Both the position numbers and the translations under genes were made by a program. A model generated the notes under the pieces. It was not told the origin of the DNA. It worked only from the letters and a program-made list of their open reading frames with translations, and made no database searches. Of a DNA stretch of 64,000 nucleotides, positions 20,440-31,530 are shown piece by piece. Within the stretch, counting starts at the first letter, position 1. Each line of letters opens with the position of its first letter. Origin of the DNA: Squalus acanthias. Taxonomy: Eukaryota. The stretch spans positions 6,944,001 through 7,008,000 of the forward strand of contig CM059452.1 of the NCBI GenBank assembly GCA_030390025.1, written 5' to 3'.

Positions 20440-21060
20440 AATCCTAGAATCCTAGAATGATACAGCTGAGAAGGAGGCCATTCAGTCCCTCCTGACTGCA
20501 CCAGCGCTTTGAAAGATCTATTCAATTAGTCCCACTCCCCGCTGCTGTTTCCCCAGAGTCCTGCAATTTTTTTCCATTTGAAGTAATTATCCAATTCCCT
20601 TTTGAATGTTACTATTGAATCTGCTTCCACCACCTATCAGGCAGTGCATTCCAAATCACAACAACTCACTACTTAATTCCCCCACCCTCATATCGCCACT
20701 GGTTCATGATCTTGAATATCTCTATCAAATCTCCCCTTGATCTTCTCTGCTCTCAGAAGAACAACCCCAGTTTCTCCAATCTCTCCACCTAACCGAAGTA
20801 TTTCATCCCTGGTACCATGCTAGTAAATCTCTTCTGCACCCTCTACAAGACCTTGATATCCTTCCTAAAACCTGGTATCCAGAATCACACACGACTCCAG
20901 CTGGGGCCTAACCAAGTGTTTTACAAAGGTTTAGCAAAGCTTCATTGCTTTTGTACTCTATGCCTTTATTTATAAAGCCAAGAATCCGGTATTCCCTTTA
21001 AACAGCCTATGAACTTACTCCCCCAGGTACCTCTGATCCTGCACCCCATTAAAATTGTGA
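20440..21060 (-). mobile_element. CR1-clade LINE 3' fragment
   Basis: Reverse tail AATCCTAGAATCCTAGAATGATACAGC...GGAGGCCATTC; reverse of KTLVRPQLESC...RKDIKVL...RRFTSMVPGM. Confidence 0.85.
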
Positions 21061-21074
21061 CAATTAGTTTAGAT

Positions 21075-21735
21075 TGTCAGGGTCTAGTGTAATACACCAG
21101 ATACATGAACTGGTGCAAAACAAACGGAGACATGGGCTTGTGTAATGTAAACAAAGGCATCTTCTAGTGTAGCAATAACTGAGACAGGGCCGAGTGTAAT
21201 ATAAACAGAGACATGGTCTAGTGCAGTAATAACTGAGACAGGGCCCTAGTGTAATATAAACAGAGACATGGTCTAGTGCAGTAATAACTGAGACAGGGCC
21301 TTGTGTAATATAAACAGAGACATGGTCTAGTGCAGTAATAACTGAGACAGGGCCTTGTGTAATATAAACAGAGACATGGTCTAGTGCAGTAATAACTGAG
21401 ACAGGGCCTAGTGTAATATAAACAGAGACATGGTCTAGTGCAGTAATAACTGAGACAGGGCCTAGTGTAATATAGACAGAGACATGGTCTAGTGCAGTAA
21501 TAACTGAGACAGGGCCTAGTGTAATATAGACAGAGACATGGTCTAGTGCAGTAATAACTGAGACAGGGCCTAGTTTAATATAAGTAGAGACATGGTCTAG
21601 TGCAGTAATAACTGAGACAGGGCCCAGTGTAATATAAACAGAGACATGGTCTAGTGCAGTAATAACTGAGACAGGGCCTTGTGTAATATAAGTAGAGACA
21701 TGGTCTAGTGTAGTAATAACTGAGGCAGAGTTTAG
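21075..21735 (-). repeat. 27-bp satellite, inverted orientation, organised as a 54-bp dimer
   Basis: Alternating GAGACATGGTCTAGTGCAGTAATAACT / GAGACAGGGCCTAGTGTAATATAAACA. Confidence 0.95.
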
Positions 21736-21819
21736 GGCCTCAACAGATGAAGGCGTGGCCGCCAATGGTGTGGCACAGGGCGTGGGGTTGTACAAAAGGC
21801 CAGTATTGTAAGATGGCAG

Positions 21820-22040
21820 AAACCTCGCAGTGTTGTAGGGATGGAGGAGTTTACAGAGATATGGAGCAGCGAGGATATGGTGGAATTTTATAACAGGTCT
21901 GGAGAGTTTTAAAATCCAGGTGTTGCCGGACCGGGAGTCAATGTAGGTCAGTGAGCACAGGGGTGATGGGTGAACGGGACTTGGTGCGAGTTAGGATGCG
22001 GGCAGCAGAGTTTTGGATGAGCTGCAATTGATGGAGTTTA
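21820..22040 (-). mobile_element. L2-clade LINE ORF2 fragment
   Basis: Minus strand reads LQLIQNSAARILTRTKSRSPITPVLTDLH*LPVRQHLDFKTL. Confidence 0.8.
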
Positions 22041-22249
22041 GTATTATAACCGCTGGGCTGGTTGGCCCACTGTTAGAGTGTGTGTGCAGTGCCTGACGTC
22101 ACATTATAGGAAGGGCATTAAAGTTCTAGAGACTGTAACAGCTCAGATTCACTGGGACAGCCCGAGAAAGGGTAGCTACGGTAATGATGAGAGATTTCAG
22201 ATTTTCATTTAAGCTGAAGGAGAAATAAAGATTGAATTTACTTCAATCC

Positions 22250-22772
22250 ACCCATTAGGAAGGATATCAAGGTCTTGGAGCGGGTGCAGAGGAGATTTAC
22301 TAGAATTGTACCAGGGATGAGGGACTTCAGTTATGTGGAGAGACTGGAGAAGCTGGGGTTGTTCTCCTTCGAGCAGAGAAGGTTAAAGGGAATTTACTAG
22401 AACTGTTGAAAATCATAAAGGGTTTTGATAGAGTTGATAGTGAGATAATGTTTCCACTGGCAGCAGTGTCGGTAACCAGACGACACAGATTTAGGATAAT
22501 TGGCAAAAAAACAGCGGGGATCTGAGGAGATTTTTTTGCAGCGAGTTGTTATGATCTGGATTGCACTGCCTGAAAGGGTGACGGAAGCAGATTCAACAGA
22601 ATCTTTCAAAAGGGAATTGGATAAATACTTGAAAGGAAACATTTACAGGGCTTTGGAGACAGAACAGGAGAGTGGAAGTAATTGGACAGCTCATTCAAAG
22701 AGCTGGAACAGGCACAGGCACGATGGGCCGAGTGGCCTCCTTCTGTGCCGTAAGATCCCAGGATTCTGTGAA
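22250..22772 (+). mobile_element. CR1-clade LINE 3' fragment
   Basis: RKDIKVLERVQRRFTRIVPGMRDFSYVERLEKLGLFSFEQRRLKG...; QRVVMIWIALPERVTEADSTESFKRELDKYL; GATTCTGTG tail. Confidence 0.9.
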
Positions 22773-23439
22773 TTGAAATTGCATTAATCACAAGTTCTGT
22801 AATTGAAATCTTGAAGTTGCTATTTGTGATATTAGGTTGTGGACGCTTAATGGTGACGGTAATAACCGATGTTATTATAAAATAGTGGATATAAAATATC
22901 ACCTGAGCCCATTAAGCATTTTAGTAGCAGCTTGGCTAAAGTGACTTTATTCTGGTTTCAGAATCAGTAGATTGTGGAATTCACATCATCTTCAGCACCT
23001 GAGCACCTTAACTAGGCGTCCAATCGGTGCAGCACTGAAAAGGAACGACCTTTCCTGAACCAATAATCTCTCCCCGCCCGCCGCACCTTGTCTGTTGAGG
23101 TGGACATTAAAGCTCCCAGGGCCCCACACTGTGTCCGGGTCAACATTCCTCCCTTCAACCAAGTTCAACAGAAATATATTAACAGGAACCGAGCCACTTT
23201 GCTCTTTTGCTGATCTTTCTGTGCGCGAATCGGCCACATTCACCTGTAATTAGTTGCACTTTAAATCCTTTGGCAGCTCCCGCAGAATGTGATGAGGTGG
23301 TACATCAATGCAAGGTGTTTCTTGATGCATTAATATCAGAAACAGTAACTGACATCATCATTTTCCCAATAGGAGCAATGGCAAACCTTGGTCACCAGGT
23401 GGCAGCGAAACTCGATTGTTCACCTTACACTGAACAGGT

Positions 23440-24430
23440 GCTGCCTCAGTTATTACTGCATTAGACCCTGCCTCAGTTATTACTGCATTAGACCCTGTCT
23501 CTGTTTATATTACTCTCCCTCAGTTATTACTGCATTAGAACCTGCCTCAGTTATTACTGCATTAGACCCTGTCTCAGTAATTACTACACTAGGCCCTATC
23601 TCAGTTATTACTGCACTAGAGCCTGTCTCTGTTTATATTACACTAGACCCTGTCTCTGTTTATATTACACTAGACCCTGTCTCTGTTTATATTACACTAG
23701 ACCATGTCTCAGTTTATATTACACTAGGCCCTGTCTCTGTTTCTATTGCACAAGACCCTGTCTCTGTTTACATTACACTGGACCCTGTCTCTGTTTATAT
23801 TACACTAGACTCTGTCTCTGTTTATATTACACTAGACCCTGTCTCTGTTTATATTACACTAGACCCTGTCTCTGTTTATATTACACTAGACCCAGTCTCT
23901 GTTTATATTACACTAGATCCTGTCTCTGTTTATATTACACTGGACCCTGTCTCTCTTTGTATTACACTAGACCCTGTCTCTGTTTATATTACACTAGACC
24001 CTGTCTGTTTATATTACACTAGACCCTGTCTCTGTTTATATTACACTAGACCCTGTCTCTGTTTATATTACACTAGACTCTGTCTCTGTTTATATTACAC
24101 TAGACCCTGTCTCTGTTTATATTACACGAGACCCAGTCTCTGTTTATATTACACTAGACCCTGTCTCTGTTTATATTACACTAGACCCTGTCTCTGTTTA
24201 TATTACACTAGACCCTGTCTCTGTTTATATTACACTAGACCCTGTCTCTGTTTATATTACACGAGACCCAGTCTCTGTTTATATTACACGAGACCCTGTC
24301 TCTGTTTATATTACACTAGACCCTGTCTCTGTTTATATTACACTAGACCCTGTCTCTGTTTATATTACACTAGACCCTGTCTCTGTTTATATTACACTAG
24401 ACCATGTCTCATTTATTACTGCACTCGTCC
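23440..24430 (+). repeat. 27-bp satellite array (~36 units)
   Basis: Unit TAGACCCTGTCTCTGTTTATATTACAC. Confidence 0.97.
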
Positions 24431-24442
24431 AACTCTCTGTTT

Positions 24443-25078
24443 GTGGCAAACTCTGTGTGTTAAAGTTTACTAATTCACACTGGTGTTGTCCTGTGCCAAT
24501 TGATCGCAGTTTTTAATGTTAAGGATTGTTTTACCTGCAGTATTTTTTATTCAACTTTCACGTGACCCCCGATTGTGTGACAGATCCTGGAACCGTGACC
24601 TCACAGCATCGAGTTCACTAACGCTCATCTGGTTAAGAGGAACAACTGAAAAGAGCACAGACAAAGTGTTTGTTTTATATATGTGTGTGTGTGTGATTGC
24701 CTTAATTTTTGCAAGTGCATTCTACAAAAATAAATGATTATTTCACCAGTTATTTTTCAGCATTTTCTTTTCTTTTATTCAAAATAAACTGCAGATGGTT
24801 TAATAGCTTTGATATTTATTGATAACCCATTCTCGGAGTGCTCTTGGTTATAAAGCGATGTCACAATGACCAGTCCGTTACCATGGTGACCGTGTCTGTC
24901 CGTAGTATTCAGTTGGGAAGAGAATTAAATCAGAGCGAGGATAAGGAGTAGCTACCCACCAGTCTCTGCGCTTTATTGTCAAGTGATCACCTCAGCATCA
25001 CACAGATTCTCCTGATATACACCTCGAGCATGTGATGATTGGTGTAAGTAATGGTAAAAATTAAAATCTACATATACC
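24443..25078 (+). repeat. Segmental duplicate copy A (pairs with 59383-60060)
   Basis: Begins GTGGCAAACTCTGTGTGTTAAAGTTTACTAATTCACACTGGTG; collinear with copy B throughout. Confidence 0.92.
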
Positions 25079-25089
25079 TCATATCCCTC

Positions 25090-28000
25090 GACACTGTCCC
25101 AACATACACTCCCAGGGCAGGTACAGCATGGGTTAGGTACAGAGTAAAGCTCCCTCTACACTGTCCCATCAAACACTCCCAGGGCAGGTACAGCACGGTT
25201 TAGATACAGAGTAAAGCCACCTCTACACTGTCCCATCAAACACTCCCAGGCCAGGTACAGCACGGGTTAGATACAGAGTAAAGCCACCTCTACACTGTCC
25301 CATCAAACACTCCCAGGCCAGGTACAGCACGGGTTAGATACAGAGTAAAGCTCCCTCTACACTGTCCCATCAAACACTCCCGGGGCAGGTACAGCACAGG
25401 TTAGATGCAGAGTTAAGCTCCCTCTACACTGTCCCATCAAACACTCCCGGGGCAGGTACAGCACGGGTTGGATACAGAGTAAAGCTCCCTCTACACTGTC
25501 CCATCAAACACTCCCAGGGCAGGTACAGCACGGGTTGGATACAGAGTAAATCTCCCTCTACACTGTCCCATCAAACACTGCAAGGGCAGTCACAGTACGG
25601 ATTAGAGGTAGGTTGAAGCTCCCGCCACACTGTCCCGTCAAACATTTGCAGGGCAGGTATAGCACTGGTTAGCTACATAGTAAAGCTCTCTCTACACTGT
25701 CCCATCAAACACTCCTAGAGCAGTTTTAGCACAGGTAAGATAAAGAGCAAAGCTCCCTCTACACTGTCCCAGGCCAGGGACAGAATGGGTTAGATACAGA
25801 ATAAAACACCCTCTACACTGTCCCATCACTCACACCCAGGGCAGGTACAGTACGAGTTAGATACAGAATAAAACTCCCTCAACACTGTCCCACCAAACGC
25901 TCCCAGGGCAGGTACAGCACACGTTAGATACAGAGTAAAGCTCCCTCTACACTGTCCCATCAAACGCTCCCAGGGCAGGTACAGCACACGTTAGATACAG
26001 AGTAAAGCTCCCTCGACACTCTCCCAACAAAAACTCCCAGAGCTGGTACAGAACGGGTTAGATACAGAGTAAAGCTCCCTCTACACTGTCCCATCAAACA
26101 CTCCAAGGGCAGGTACAGCACGGGTTAGATACAGAGTAAAGCTCCCTCTACACTGTCCCATCAAACACTCCCAGGGCAGGTGCAGCACTGATTGGATACA
26201 GAGTAAAGCTTCCTTTACACAGTCCCGAGAAACATTCCCAGGGCAGGCACAGTAATGGTTAGAGATATGGTAAAGCTCCCGCTACACTGCCCCATCAAAC
26301 ACTCCCAAGGCAGCTCGAACACGGGTTAGATTCAGAGTAAAATCCGGCTACACTGTCCGATCAAACACAGCCAGGGCAGGCATAGCACGGGATAGATACA
26401 GAGTAAAGCTTCCTCTACAATGCCCATCAAATACTCTCAGGGTGGTGCAGAATGGGTTAGATACAGAGTAAAGCTCCCTCTACACTGTCCCATCAAACAC
26501 TCCCAGGACAGGTAGAGCACGGGTTAGATACAGAGTAAAGCTCCCTCGACAATGTCCCATCAAACACTCCCAGGGCAGGTCCAGCAAAGGTTACATATAG
26601 CGTAAAGCTCCCTCAACACTATCCCATCAAAAACTCCCAGGAGAGGTACAGCATGGGTTAGAAACAGAGTAAACCTCCCTCTACACTGTGCCATCAAACA
26701 CTCCCAGGGCAGGGACAGTACGAGTTAGATACAGAATAAAACTCCCTCTACACTGTCCCATGAAACACTCCCAGGGCAGGTACAGCACGGGTTAGATACA
26801 GAGTAAAGCTCCTTTTACACTGTCCCATCAAACACTCCCAGCACAGTTACAGCACGTGTTAGATTCAGAGTAAAGCTCCTTTTACACTGTCCCATCAAGC
26901 AGTCCCAGCACAGTTACACCACGGGTTAGATTCAGAGTAAAGCTCCTTTTACACTTTCCCATCAAGCAGTCCCAGCACAGTTACACCACGGGTTAGATTC
27001 AGAGTAAAGCTCCTTTTACACTTTCCCATCAAGCAGTCCCAGCACAGTTACAGAACGGGTTAGATACAGAGTAAAGCTCCCTTTACACTGTCCCATAAAA
27101 CACTCCCAGGGCAGGTATAGCACAGGTTAGATAAAGAGCAAAGCTCGCTCTACACTGTCCCAGGCCAGGTACAGCACGGGTTAGATACAGAAAAAATCTC
27201 ACTCTACAATGTCCCATCAAATACAGATTAAAGCTTCATCTACACTGTCCTGGTCTAACACACCCAGGGCATGTACTGCACGGGTTAGTTATAGAGTAAA
27301 GCTCCCTCTACACTCTCCCATCAAACACTCCCAGGGCAGGTACAGCACGGGTTAGATACAGAGTAAAGCTCCCTCTACACTCTCCCATCAAACACTCCCA
27401 GAGCTGGTACAGGCCGGGTTAGATACCGAGTATTTCTCCCTCTACACTGTCCCGTCAAACATTACCAAGGCAGGCACAGTTCGGGTCAGATATAGGCTAA
27501 ATCTCCATCTACACAGTCCCAGCAATACTCTCAGGGCGGGTACAGCACGGGTTACATATAAGTAAAGCTCCTTCTACACTGTCACATCAAATACTCCCAG
27601 GGCAGGTACAGCACAGGTTAGATACAGAGTAAAGCTGCCTCTACACTGTCCCATCAAACACTCCCAGGGGTGTTACAGCACGGTTTAGATACAGAGTAAA
27701 GCTCCCTCTACATTGTCCCATCAAACATTCACAGGGCAGGTACAGCACGGGTTAGAAACAGAGTAAAGCTCACTCTACATTGTCCAATCAAACGCTCCCA
27801 CGGCAGGTACAGCACAGGTTAGATACAGAATAATGTTCCCTCGACACTGACCCATAAAACAATCCCAGGGCAGGAACTGCCCGGATTAGATACGGAGTAA
27901 AGCTTCCTTTACAATGTCCCATCAAACGCGCCAAGTGAAGGTACAACACGGATTAGATATAGAATAAATCTCCGTCTACACTGTCCCATCACACAGTCCC

Positions 28001-31000
28001 AGGGCAGGTACAGCACGGGTTAGATACAAATTAAAGCTCCCTCTACGCTGCCCCATCACACAGTCCCAGGGCAGGGACAGCACGGGTTAGATACAGAGTA
28101 AAGCTCCCTCTACGCTGCCCCATCACACAGTCCCAGGGCAGGGACAGCAAGAGTTAGATACAGATTAAAGCTCCCTCTAAAATGTCCCATCACCCATAAC
28201 CAGGGCAGGGACAGCTCGGGTTACATACAGAGTAAATCTCGCTCTACATTTTCCTATCAAACCCTCCCAGGGTAGGTGCAGTACAGGTTAGATACAGAGC
28301 AAAGCTCCCTCTACGCTGTCCAATCAAACCCTCCCAGGGTAGGTGCAGTACAGGTTAGATATAGAGTAAAGCTCACTCTTCACTGTCCCATCAAACACTC
28401 CCAGGGGAGGTGCAGTACAGGTTAGATACAGAGAAAATCAACCTCTACGCTGCCCCATCAAACACTCCCAGGGAAGGTACTGCATGTGTTTATACAGAGG
28501 AAAGCTCCCTCTAAACTGTCCCATCACCCATACCCAGGGAAAGTACAGCACGGGTTAGTTACAGAGCAAAGCTCACACTAAACTGTCCCATCAAACACTC
28601 CCAGGGCAGGTTCTGCACATGTTAGATGCAGAGTAATGCTCCCTCTACACTGTCCCATCAAACACTCCCAGGGCAAGTACAGCATGTGTTTGATGCAGAA
28701 TAAAGCTTCCTCTACATTGTCGCGTCAAATATTCTCAGGACAGGTACAGCACGGATTAGATACAGTGACAAGCTTCCTTTACACTGTCCCATCAAACACA
28801 CCCAGGGCAGATACAGCACAGATTAGATACAGAGCAATGCTCCCTCTACACTGTCCAAGCAAACACTCTCACGCAGGCACTGCATGGGTTATATACAGAG
28901 TAAAGCTCCCTCCACACTGTCCCAGCAAACGCTTCCACGGAAGGTACAGCACTGGTTAGATCCAGAGTAAAGCTCCTTCGGCACTGACCCATAAAATACT
29001 CCCAGGGCAGGGACAGCACGGGTTAGATACAGAGTAAATATCGCTCTACACTTTCCCATCAACAACTCCCAGGGCAGGTGCAGTACAGGTTAGATACAGA
29101 GTAAAGCTCCTTCTACACTGTCCCATCAAACACTTCCAGGGATGGTACTGCATGTGTTAGATACAGAGGTTTGCTCCCTCTACACTGTCCCATCAAACAT
29201 TCACTGGGCAGGTACAGCATGGGTTATATACAGAGTAAAGCTCACACGAAACTGTCCCATCAAACACTCCCAGGGCAGGTCCTGCACATGTTAGATACAG
29301 AGTAAAGCTCCCTCTACACTTCCCCTCAAACACTCCCAGGGCAGGTACAGCACGGATTAGATACAGAGTAAAGCTCCCTCTACACTGTCCCATCAAACAC
29401 TCCCAGTGCAGTTACAGCACGGATTAGATACAGAGTAAAGCTCCCTCTAAACTGTCCCATCAAAAACTCTCAGTGCAGGCACTGCATGGGTTACATACAG
29501 AGTAAAGCTCCCTCTACACTCTCCCATCACACAGACCCAGAGCAGGGACAGCACGGGTTAGCTACAGAATAAAGCTGCCTCTACGCTGTCCCATCACACA
29601 TTCCCAGGACAAGGACAGCAAGGGTTTGATACAGAGTAAAGCACCCTCGAAACTGTCCCATCAAAAACACTCAGGGCAGGCACTGCAAGGGTTTTATACA
29701 GAGTTGAGCTCCCTCTACACTGTCCCATCAAAAACTCCCACGAAAGCTACAGCACTGGTTAGAGACAGAATAAAGCTCCCTCTACACTGCCCCATCACAC
29801 ATTCCCAGGGCAGAGACAGCGCGCGTTCGATAGAGAGTAAAGCTCGCTCTACACTATCCCATCAAACATAACCAGGGCAGGGACAGCACGGGTTAGATAC
29901 AGAGTAAAGCTCCCTCGACACTTCCCCATCAAATACTCCCAGGTCATGTACAGCACCGGCTAGATACAGCGTGATTCTTCATCTACACAGTCCCATCAAA
30001 CACTCCCAGGGCAGGTACAGCACGGATTAGATAGAGAGTAAAACTTCCTTTACACGGTCCCATCAAACACACCCAGGGCAGGTGCAGTACAGGTTAGATA
30101 CAGAATAAAGCTCCTTCTACACTGTCCCATCAAACACTTCCAGGGATGGTACTGCATGTGTTAGATACAGAGGTTTGCTCCCTCTACACTGTCCCATCAA
30201 ACATTCACTGGGCAGGTACAGCATGGGTTATATACAGAGTAAAGCTCACACGAAACTGTCTCATCAAACACTCCCAGGGCAGGTCCTGCACATGTTAGAT
30301 ACAGAGTAAAGCTCCCTCTACACTTCCCCTCAAACACTCCCAGGGCAGGTACAGCACGGATTAGATACAGAGTAAAGCTCCCTCTACACTGTCCCATCAA
30401 ACACTCCCAGTGCAGTTACAGCACGGATTAGATACAGAGTAAAGCTCCCTCTAAACTGTCCCATCAAAAACTCTCAGTGCAGGCACTGCATGGGTTACAT
30501 ACAGAGTAAAGCTCCCTCTACACTCTCCCATCACACAGTCCCAGGGCAGGGACAGCACGGGTTAGCTACAGAATAAAGCTGCCTCTACGCTGTCCCATCA
30601 CACATTCCCAGGACAAGGACAGCAAGGGTTTGATACAGAGTAAAGCACCCTCGAAACTGTCCCATCAAAAACACTCAGGGCAGGCACTGCAAGGGTTTTA
30701 TACAGAGTTGAGCTCCCTCTACACTGTCCCATCAAAAACTCCCACGAAAGGTACAACACTGGTTAGAGACAGAATAAAGCTCCCTCTACACTGCCCCATC
30801 ACACATTCCTAGGGCAGAGACAGCGCGCGTTCGATAGAGAGTAAAGCTTGCTCTACACTGTCCCGTTAAACATAACCAGGGCAGGGACAGCACGGGTTAG
30901 ATACAGAGTAAAGCTCCCTCTACACTTCCCCATCAAACACTCCCAGGGCAGGCACAGCACGGGTTAGATACAGAGTAAATCTCCCTCTACACTGTCCCAT

Positions 31001-31530
31001 CAAACACTCCCAGGGCAGGTAAGGCACGGATTACATAGAGAGTTAAACTTCCTTTACACGGTCCCATCAAACACACCCAGGGCAGGAACAGCGCGGAATA
31101 GATACAGAGTAAAGCTTCCTTTACAATGGCTCATCAAACACTACCAGGGCAGGTACAGCACTGGTTAGATACAGAGTAAAGCTCCTTCTACACTGACCCA
31201 ACAAACACTCCCAGGGCAGGTACAGCACGGTTTAGATACAGAGTAAAGAACCTCTACACGGTCCCATCAAACACACCCAGGGCAGGAACAGCGCGGATTA
31301 GATACAGAGTAAAGCTTCCTTTACAATGTCCCATCAAACACTACCAGGGCAGGTACAGCACTGGTTAGATACAGAATAAAGCTCCCTCTACACTTTTGCA
31401 TCAAACACTCCCAGGGCAAGTATAGCACGGGTTAGATACAGAGTTAATCTCCCTCTACACTGTCCCATCAAACACTCCCAGTGCAGATACAGGGCAAAGC
31501 TCCCTCTACAGTGTCCCATCAAACATTCCC
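25090..31530 (+). repeat. 67-bp satellite array with variant units
   Basis: Same unit as 9.5-11 kb, same orientation; includes an internal ~1004-bp (15-unit) duplication around 29.1-31.0 kb. Confidence 0.97.

Noticed and set aside
24875-24902. J-like reading TMVTVS (ACCATGGTGACCGTGTCT) on plus
   Set aside because: No WGxG, no RSS, no donor; not kept in the paralog at 59860; better explained as an X-box-like palindrome or chance
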